Below are positions 12,400-22,900 of a stretch of DNA of 64,000 nucleotides, piece after piece. The notes beneath the pieces were generated by a model. That model saw only the letters and a program-made list of their open reading frames with translations. It had not been told where the DNA came from and ran no database searches. Numbering within the stretch: the first letter of the stretch is position 1; each line of letters opens with the position of its first letter. The position numbers and the translations under genes are program-made. Source of the stretch: a virus; the IMG/VR virus record IMGVR_UViG_3300042887_001434, positions 3,021 to 67,020 of that record. One strand, written 5' to 3'.

Positions 12400-13327
12400 C
12401 TTTTTCAATTGATTGTAAAATTAATTGATTATTAATTCCTAATGGAACATCTTTGGATGTATCATTAAGTATTTTAAACTCTATTTCTTTTTTTGTTTTA
12501 TTTACTCCTTCTTGCATAACAAGTTGAATTAAATAATCAAGGTAATGCGACTTAATTGTTTTATTATTTAACTGATATATCCATCCACCTACAGGGCATT
12601 CAAACTTATCAAGTGTTTCTTTTATTTCTGCTGGAGGAATATCTATTTCTCTATTACCTATTTTCTTCTTAATAGATCCATCATATGAATAATATGTATT
12701 GTATCGTTTAAAGATACAATCTGGAGTTTTTAAACATACTTCTAATATCGAATCATGCTTTAATCCTTCAGCTATGCAATTAGGAGAACTCTGGTTTCCT
12801 ATAAAGCATTCACAACTTTTTATAGCTATAGCTAGATCAAGGTAAGTATTTATTTTTAACCTGTCTATTTTGCCATATCTATTACAAAAAACTTTATATT
12901 CTAAATCGCTTCCAACAAATAACATTTTATCCCTTAATGCATTAGTAAGTTCTTTCCACGGGAATAATGTATTATTATATCTTGATGTCTTGTTAACAAT
13001 AATACTGCCATAAAACCTTTTATCTTCAGGACAAAATAACCACTGTTTAGAAAAATCAACGGGTTGATTTATCCAGTTAGCATGCAATTCAGCTAATGTT
13101 TTTCCAAAAGGATGCCCATTTTGTCTAAAATCTATAAACGATTTATCTATTGTTTGATTGGAATATTCACCACATTTCCCTATGTATGGTTGAATTTCAA
13201 GTAATTCAGTAAGCATCCTTACTGCATACGGATTATTTTTAATATAATAATTCCCGCCACCACAAGCCTGTACTGAAGCAAGACTTAGTATTATATCTCC
13301 TAAGTCTTTACTGTGCAAAAAATTCAT
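12380..13327 (-). CDS. GT9 (heptosyltransferase)-like glycosyltransferase
   Basis: HSKDLGDIILSL, LFVGS, FIGNQSSPNCIAEGL; start 13327 overlaps the upstream stop. Confidence 0.75.
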   Translation of the reverse strand: MNFLHSKDLGDIILSLASVQACGGGNYYIKNNPYAVRMLTELLEIQPYIGKCGEYSNQTIDKSFIDFRQNGHPFGKTLAELHANWINQPVDFSKQWLFCPEDKRFYGSIIVNKTSRYNNTLFPWKELTNALRDKMLFVGSDLEYKVFCNRYGKIDRLKINTYLDLAIAIKSCECFIGNQSSPNCIAEGLKHDSILEVCLKTPDCIFKRYNTYYSYDGSIKKKIGNREIDIPPAEIKETLDKFECPVGGWIYQLNNKTIKSHYLDYLIQLVMQEGVNKTKKEIEFKILNDTSKDVPLGINNQLILQSIEKVKCLFS

Positions 13328-13953
13328 AGACCATGATTTTTCCAACAATAATCCATTCTTCTAAAATCTTGTTTTAATTCTTCAGGTAATCCTTTTTGTT
13401 GAACATCAACTGGAATATGCACTGCTGCCTTTAATGAACAACTACAGACTAGACACACACCAAGTTCTCCATCCCTACTTGTCTTTCTATTTCCAACAAT
13501 AGAATGGATGATTGATAATACTGCGGACATACACGCACCACAACCAAATTGCAATGTTCCATTCATTGGACAGGATGCACACATATCTGCTCTCCAATCA
13601 GCTTCCTTTTGAGACACGAAAGCTGGCTTACCAGACATTGTTTTTAATGCCCATTCTTTCATCATATTTAAAAATGATAAAGTTGCCTGTAATGTCAATT
13701 TCCTTCTTTGAATATTCTTCATGCTTGTTCTGATACATGCCTTCCCCCAATGAGGATTTTGCTTGCACATCTCAGACAGAAACTCTTCCTCCCAGACTGG
13801 CGATAACATTACACTATTTGCAAGTGAATGTTCAGTGTACGCTTTACGAATTGTTGGGTAATCGTAACTTTTAAATTCAACTCCAGTAACTGGATGTTTT
13901 ATTTTCCATCCACCATTTGGTGAATCTATTGTGTTTATTTCAAATTCAATCAT
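13324..13953 (-). CDS. Cys-rich hypothetical protein
   Basis: RADMCASCPMN, CGAC, CLVCSCSLKA, terminal CW. Confidence 0.7.
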   Translation of the reverse strand: MIEFEINTIDSPNGGWKIKHPVTGVEFKSYDYPTIRKAYTEHSLANSVMLSPVWEEEFLSEMCKQNPHWGKACIRTSMKNIQRRKLTLQATLSFLNMMKEWALKTMSGKPAFVSQKEADWRADMCASCPMNGTLQFGCGACMSAVLSIIHSIVGNRKTSRDGELGVCLVCSCSLKAAVHIPVDVQQKGLPEELKQDFRRMDYCWKNHGL

Positions 13954-16900
13954 TCAATCGACATTCGTTTTACTGCTCTTGTTGCACGTTTATTTGCATC
14001 TTGTGAGTATTCTTCAAGTTGTGATTGATACCTTGAAGCGTCCATTCTTTCAAGACTTTTACGACTTCTAAACATACTTTTACTAACATAATCCCCATAC
14101 GTTTTTGCGTACGTATAAAACTCTTCGTTTGTCATTGGACGTTCCAATCTCGCTTCAGCATTCCTTCTTGTGGGAATAGTTGGACCATCACCTTTACTTA
14201 GAACCAATTCATTAAGCTCATTCATTGGTGTATTTTTAGGAAAAGAAAACACCATTGGTACTCCTAACTTGTACAACTTATCTCCCCAATCGTCTGCACG
14301 TATTGGTTGTCCAAAAGCATTCAACGCTTTAGTTCCAATCATTGGTCCTACTATTGGTATGTTAGAATATATTGCTCCAGACATAGAAGACCTATCAATC
14401 GGATCATTAATAAAATCAGATATATTCCTAGCAAGGGATGTTCCAACTATAGGAATAAACGTCTTTCCAAAGTATCCAGCTTGAGATGCCACTTCTTCTG
14501 GAAGTTGACCAGCACGATTTGCGTTGAATAACGACTTACCAAATGCGGCGTATGGTCCACGTTGAGCTAATGCCAAGAATGCAGATCCAAGCATGACTGT
14601 AGCTTGATTCAAATCTGCTGGTTTCTTCTTAGCTTTATTCATTTGATTCCTTATATTCCAATCATCCAATGCTCCAGCAATTAAGATTGGGAAGAATATA
14701 GCCTCACCACCACGACCAATGTTAATAGGAATAACTGTATCTCCCATTACAATATGAATGCTGTATGGTTTCCATTTTTTGATCCACGAATCATAATATT
14801 GTTTATCAGCAGCAGCATCAGGACCATTACCAGTAACTACAATTTTAAACTTATCATCTTCTTCGTCATCTGTAGATGATTTCACTAATGCACCGAGTCC
14901 TAGCATTACTAGACTTCCAGCGATAGATTCAGTTAATCTCTGTCGGTATTGCAATTCATTTCCGAGGCTTAAAGAATACGATGATTCCATGCCTTTTGAT
15001 TTTTGATACTTGTCGCGGAATATTCTAAGGAATCCATACGGACTATACCATGCTGCGTTATGGAATGCTCTAGCTGGAACAAGGGCGAATCCATAGAGCA
15101 TCTTAGAGAATACTTGCATTAGTGGACCTTGTTGCGCCGAACTAGATGCTATTTGTTCTAAGAACTTAATTGGTAGATATGAAATCATCCCATCGTCAGA
15201 CAATCTTTTTTGCTCATTAGATAGTCCATCCATTGATATAGTTCTATTTCTACCAACAGATAATAACGCATCATTTAGTGCTGAGTTAATAACATCATTA
15301 ACTTTTTCAGTTTCTATATTTAAAGATGAAAGTTGTTTTCTGATTTGCTCCCTCATCTCCATATCAGCCAATACTCCAGCACGTTCTTTCTCCATGCCAC
15401 CAGCTATTAAACTAGCGTAAGTATTTCTCTTTGCTTGAAGTATTTGACGAGCAACTGCATTCCTTTTACTGCGAGGAATATTGCTTAAAGACATTGCTTC
15501 CATTGCATACCTATTAACAGCTTGATTCTCTAATGCAGAAATAGCACCTTGGTCTAATGCAGATAATACTCGTCCAGTAATTTGAGTCATGCCAACAAGC
15601 ATATCACGCATTCCTGCTGCACGATCACCATTCTTCCATTCCTTCTTGCCTTTATTATAAAGCTCTTTTAAGACGTTATTTCCATTTAGATATTCAACAA
15701 CGTCATTTGGATATACTTCATTTTTAAATGCATACTTAGTTTGGTTATACCAACTACGCATGCTATCAAGGAATGTGTCAAATGCTAATGGAATCCTAGT
15801 CGGATCAGTAAGAGCAAATCTTCCAATGTCTGTTACTAAATTACGAAGACTAAATCCTAATGGAGAAAATACGTTTACAGTTACAGTAGGTATACCCATT
15901 AAGGCTTGTCCCGTGTAGAACGCAGCCAGTGCTTGTTTGACTGTGACAGGAAGTTTTGTTTTAGAGATGATTTCATTCAACTCTTTCATTAACTCTGCTT
16001 TTTTTAAATCATCAGTTTCTTTGTTGTTAAGGATCTCATCTATCTCAGCAATCCTCCTGAAGTCAGCTTCACTAAATCCAGTCCATCCATTCTGTTTAGC
16101 AATGATGCTTTCAGTATTTTGTGTCGGATCTAATGCGCTTGTTCTTACTGCATTCAATACTTTCTTCAATGCGTCTTTAGCAAGTTGTCCATTCCTAGAC
16201 ATGTGATCTCTCCATGGAGATGTTTTAGAAATAGATTGCTCAAATGCCTTCTGTTTAGCCTCCGCTATCTTTTCAGCTATGATGTTATCATACAATCTAG
16301 CCGCACTCTCAGCTTGCTTCTCAGATAATCCAGCGGACATTAAATACTGACGAATAACTTCCTTTCTCCATTCTGGAGTGGATTGCTGTTGCAATGGAGT
16401 ATTCTTAATCATTTCAACAATAACTCCAAGAGAACCATTCTCAGCGGCAGATTCGATTAACTTGATCTCACGATTCATGTTGTTAATCTCATGCTGTTTC
16501 CATACTAAGTCAGATATTATTGATGCCCTTGTTTCGGATGCTCCAGCCTCAATAAGTTTTGCTGTAAGCATATTCTTCCATGCTTCCTTACGTCCCATAT
16601 CTGGACGTTGGCGTAAGTCTTGTTGAACAATAGTTCTGATGTTATTTTCTGCTTTCCTTGAAATAGGTTCAATTCCAGCTAATTTTTCTGAAAATGATTT
16701 TATAAGAGCGTCAGCTTGAACATTGGGCTTCTCTCTTTGTTCAATATCCCTATTCAATGCATTCCTCTCATGCTGCGTCCAAGTAATGTCAGCAAGTATT
16801 CCCGCATTAGATTCAGATACACCCACGTTAGTAAGTTTAGATATAAATGCTTCTTTCCAAGAATCTTTGTTATTTATATCTGGAGTTTTCTTTAAATCGG

Positions 16901-19900
16901 ATTGAACTATATCTCTAACTTTATTTTCTTGAGGTTTGCTGTCTGCCCAAATTCCATCTTGCATCATTGCCATTTTGTCAATAATTTGTTCAGCTTTAAA
17001 ATCCGAAGTCATTCTTTCTTGTTTCTTTGCCTCGGAAATAGCATTAGCAGCTTCTATTTTTGTTTTTTGAATTTGAACAAGATTATTTAATATATCATTT
17101 AAATATGATCTTAAATTATTATAATCTTCATCTATCTCAATTCCAGTCAATGATTCTTTAGATACTCCGTAAATCTTTTTAATCAATGAATCTACAATTG
17201 ATTCAGACTTTTGATTTATTCCATCATCAGATAATTTAGCTATATCAGATGCTGATGTGTTTAATTCCTTCATCTCGGAATTAAGTAACCTTTTCAACAT
17301 AACATCACTTACAGGCATATCGGTCTGACGTTGCATTGCATCATCCCATGCGGCTTGAATGGCATCATACTTATCGTTGATCGAATCTATTTCAGTTTCA
17401 TCTTCAGTGTTAGCCAATTCACTTTCACGACGAGATTGAATGTCTTCTGATATTATCTTATCAGCTTGGACTTGTTTATCTATGCTTAGTTTCTGCTCAT
17501 TTAAAATAGACGCAACCTTTTCAATGTCGGTCATCTTTGTGTTAGGTGGAGTTCCTTTTAATCCAGCTTTAACAAGTGCGTTCTTAACTATGTTTGCTAA
17601 CTCATTATTTTGAGCTTGGTCAAGTTCACCTAATGGGCCAGGTTTATTCTCTTTGTCACTTAGTGTTTTCCAAAATGTTGATTGCAATCCATTGGCTGAA
17701 TCTTGAACTAATGTATCCCTGTAGTTTGCAAGATTTCCATTTATTATATTTTGTACGTTTTCATTAACTGTAGTTACTTGCTTAACTTTTTTACTTTTAC
17801 CAAATAAACTATTTTTAGCTTTGTAAGCTACGTTAGTTATATTCTTTTTAGGATTGCTAGTTTTAGCGATAGCAGCATCAATATCCTTGCGTATATTTAC
17901 TCCCGTCTTACTTTCAACGGAAACAACGCTATCCAATATGTCAGCATTATCTATCGTTTCAGCTTTACCTGATTCTTTCAATGCCTCTTCAATTACGTTA
18001 ATTTGCTCTGTAGAGGGTTCTTTGGTTCCAAAGGTAGTTGAGGCTAGTTGTACAACTTCTCCCTTTCCTTGGGCTTGAATCGCGCCAATCATTGGGTTAT
18101 TGATTTTTGCAATAGCACCTAATGCTCTAGCTATATTAGATGAAGTTACATCTTTAATTCCAAGTGGAATATCATTAGCATTAAGTTTATAACGCTTTTC
18201 AAAAAATGAATCACCAGCAACAAGTAACTTATTAGAATATCTTTGTAATTCGTTCCTTAATATTTGAACTCCAATAACTTGCTTTATATCTGGATGAACA
18301 TCTTGATCTTTTAATTTAGATTGAATGTCTTCATTTAATTTAATCGCAAAATCATTATTGTTCCCATCAGTGAAATCAGTTAATGATTGTAGTAAATCAT
18401 ATGCTTTCTGAGTATTCTCGTCATTAAATTGAGTAGAGTCAAAGTAGTTCTGTCTTACTATATCTTGAACTATTTTCTCTCCACCAATAAAACTATTAAG
18501 TTCTCTTCCCGCTTCTTTTTGACCATGAACTTGCGCCTTTGCTTGTAATTTAAAATCAGTTCCATCTTCTCTAAGCATTTTCTTTCCACTAATGAAATCT
18601 TGTCGAATGGCATTAAGGACATTAAGCACAAACTTATCAGAGTCATTAACCTCATATTCAGTAGAGAAATATTTATTAAGGAATCTTTTAACTGCTTCAA
18701 CGAAATTTTGCCATTTAGATCTAATCTCAGGATTTTGTTCAAGCAGAGCTTGCCATGCTCTTATTACTTTTTCTTCATTCCTCAAATCAGGACTAAGTGC
18801 GCTATAGTTTTCTTCAACGTATTCAGATATAGCATCACGTTGTTCTTGAGTTAAATCATCCCAAAAACTTGTAAATATTTTTTGAAACTCAGGATCACCA
18901 AATGCAAAGTGACCTAACTCATGTCCAATTATTGCATCAATATTTACATCACGTTTAAAGTAAGCTCTATTTATCTCTATTTCGCCAGTATTTAAAACAT
19001 AGGATGCGTAGCTATCGTCTCCTATGTCATTTGTAAATATAACATTGCTAGGTATATTCCCTTTAAAGAAATTACGGACTCCATCTTCTAGTTCTTTTTC
19101 AGAATACAATTCCGATTCATTGATATTGTATTTAGATGCAAAATCAATTTTCTTTGAAATTTCTTCAATTAATTCAACATTTCCATTATCCCCCGCTTCC
19201 TTCATTTCAACTAATCCATTTTTAATGTAGTTGTTGATTTTTGTAAGAACTTCAGCAGATTTATATTTCTGTCTGTATTTAGCTTTATCTCTAGCTCTAG
19301 CGTATCGAATATCAGGTGTCTTTTGATTGAAGCGTTGTGATAATGGGATTACATTGCCCTGCTCATCGTATGTTACTGGGTCTGCGGATTTGATTTGGTT
19401 GGAGTCAAATGCAACAATTTCATAAACCTTACCATCAGGAAGGAGTGCAATAATACCATCATGGCCGAGTTCTTTTGCGCGATCCGATATTTGTTTTCCA
19501 TGTAGAATCTCATTATTTTTACCTCTTGCAATAATGCGCCAGTCATCCTTCAATGGGTTTTCCATTTTCAGATATGCTGAGATCACTCTTTCTTTCCCTA
19601 ATCCCGTGGAGTCTTGAGCGTATAGTCCAGCTAGTTTTTTGTTAGTAGCGAAATAAAACCCCTCTCCAGACTCCCCCTCATCACGCCGTTCGGATTTACC
19701 GATGTCAAAAACTGAAAACTCTTTTTTTGTTCCATGATAAACTGGGCCAAATGTATATCCAGCTTCCTTCGCGGCTTCATCCACCATCCTCTGTGCAGTC
19801 TCCATATCACCACTCTCAACTGCGGTAAGATACTCTGCATCTATCGTGGGAGATGCACCCGATTTTGCTTTGATTGTTCCAGCCCCTTCAACTCCACCTC

Positions 19901-22900
19901 TACTTGGATATACAGCTTTAAGTTTCTTGCTGCTCCTAGTTGTCTTGACAGGAGTAATATCTACAGACTCAACTACACTTACTTCCCCAGTACGTTCGTT
20001 CTTGATCTTGTAGTATTGCTCTCCTAGCTCCACGTCTCTAGCTGTCTGTGGTGTTACTTCTGTTATGACGAATGGTTGAGGTGTACTACCAGAACGAACA
20101 CGTTGCCCAACTTGTGGACCTGTTGGTGCTGCTGGAGTGGGTTGTTCTTGTGTTGGGTTTAATTGAGTTGGATCTTCTTTTATAGATTCTAATATAACAT
20201 TAGGATCATCTTCTTGATATAACGCATCAAAAATTGCTTTTTCTCTAGTTTTTCCCTTTGATACTCCATTAAGAATAGCGGATCTAACTTTGCTTGCGTC
20301 TGCTGTAACCTGAGTTTCTGGTGAGTTTTGTGAAACAATATCAATCAATGGAGATATATTTCTATCAGCAGCAGCACCAAGAAAATGAATTCTTGGAGGT
20401 TTAGATTCTTTTAGGAATGCAGCAAGATTTTCTCTACTTATTGCTTCTGCATTCGATGGGATTCCAACAATAAATCTAGTTGGATCAATATCTATACCTA
20501 ATGTATTTGATTTAAGTATTTCAATTATATTTGAATACGCATCAGATAATGATAAATCTCCTAATGGAATTGGAATGATTGGAACGCTTAAATCCATTGA
20601 TATAGATGTTGCTATCCAATTTTTATGTTTATTAATTAAATCCAATGATGCTTTTTGATTCCCAATAACATCAGGCATAACTAGCATCGGCTTAGGATAA
20701 TCTGTTTTTTCAACAACATTTACCTTGCTAATCTCGTCAATAATTAAATCATATTTTGATAAAATTTTATCGAAATCCAATGCTTCAACTGTTCTTCCTT
20801 GAGATTGTTCTTTAATTGATTTTTTAAAATTACTAAATGCACCAGAATCAATAAATACTTGCGTATCAAGATTAACAATAAAATCAGCTAATTCACGGAT
20901 TGTGTTTTTTGAAAGTAATCCTACATCAAATCCAATCCCATAATTTGCATGTCCAGCACGGGCATATGAACCTCGGCGCATATCACTCAATCCACTCATG
21001 CCAGATGCAAATCGAATTAGGTTTTTCTTAATATTTTCTCTTGCGCTATCAATGTCTTTAACAAATCCAAACTCCGTAGGAGTAGCTGGAGTTATTGTTT
21101 CCGATACTGCGGGGGTGGGTTCTGTTACAATGGGAGTCTCTGCGGATGGTTGAGATAGTTCAATGGTTTCTGATGGAGTTTTTAATACTTCGGTTACTAA
21201 TGATTTAGATTCGGCAATATCGTATATTGTTATAGAATTTCCATATACTGCATCAGTATCAAAAATATAAACCTTTTTTGCTGTTCCAGCAGGAACTGTT
21301 TGATTTGACGTAAGCGGATTGCTTTTAATATCCCTCGCTGCAATTATTCCTCCTGCTCCAGTTCTATTTCCAACCGCAATAGAACGCATTTCCCCATTCG
21401 TATCTTCAATTACTATTGCTCTTCTAGAAAAATCAGAAGAAGGAATAGGGATTTTTAAATCTCCATATTCTTTTTTAATAACAAGTGCATTTGTAAATGC
21501 GGGTCGAGATTTTTTTGATTTAGTCTTTTTACCAACTAAAATGCGATCTGGATCAAGTTGCTTTGGTAATTGTAGGTTTCCTTTATTTTTTCCAATAGTT
21601 GTAGCTCTAACGAATTCTTCGCTTGATGATTCAGCCATGTTTGCTGCAAATTGCAAATCAGGGAATACTGATAATGCTTGATCACCTTCCATGTTAAATG
21701 GTTTACCTACAGGCATTTTATTGTAATCAACTTGGCGAGGCTCAGTTTTATATTTTCCAGGTTTGTCTGGTATTCCTTTAGTTTCTAAGATTGTTACTGG
21801 CTTTTCAATAGTTGTCGCGGATACAGGTGCAACTTCGATCTCTGCTCGTCTTTCTTCTGGCGTTAGCTTTGGAAGTGGAGCTTGAGCTTGCGTTAATGCC
21901 GCTTGTCCATCTTCGTTGATGACGGGTTGACCTTTGACTATATCCACAAGACCAGATTGAGATAACTTAGTTATTTGTTCTGGCGTTGCTGTATTGCTTG
22001 ATACAGATTGAAGATCACTTACAAGTGGCGTTACTTGCCCTTCTTCTTGGCTTCTTTCTGTACCGAGTATGCTATCGCTAATGCCTGTTTCTGTGGTCGG
22101 TTGGATTTGAGTTCCGTCTTGAGGTTCTTGACGAATGCCTTCTGGCTGGATGATTTCTTGAGTGGCATATGGTTGAGTTTCTATTTGTTGTGCAACTGCT
22201 TGTTGCGTTAATGGGGCTTGTTCTACTGGGAGTGTTGCAGCTTCTGCGACAGGAGGAACTGCTGTAATATCTTCAGTAGTTGGTGTAGCTAATATTCCAC
22301 GTTCACCTTCCAATTGCGCTCTTGCTTCCTTATCTCCCATCCTTGCTCGTTGAGCAAGATCTCGTTTAGCTATTGATTCTTCTTCATTTTTACGAGCAGC
22401 TTCTTCCCTTAAAGATTTATTATTATCTGCTATTTCCCTGATTTGATCTTCATTAATGCCTTCGCTTTTAAGGTTATCAATATATATATCAGCAGCTTCC
22501 TCTGGTATTCCAGATTGAATAATAGCATCACGAAGTGGAATAACTTCAGTTTCAGCAGTTGGCGTAACGACTTCTTCTGCTGTAGGAGTCGTTACATCTT
22601 GCGGTTGAGTAGAATCAGAACGACCTTTTTCATATGATCTTTTGCGTTTCTCTACTTGAATAGCGTCCAATACTCCTTGGAACTCTACAGCTTTAGCTCG
22701 ATCATTAGGATCTTGTGACTCAAAGTATGCGTCCTTGTATTGTTGAACAAGTTTTTCAGCGTCCTGCTCGCGTGTATTTAAATCTTCTTCGGATAGATTT
22801 GCAGCTACTTCTCCTTTAGTAGTTGCAGTTTGTGTCTCAGCTTTTACTTCATTAATCTTCTTTAATGTCTGTCCACCAAGATCAGCAAGTTCTACAGCTT

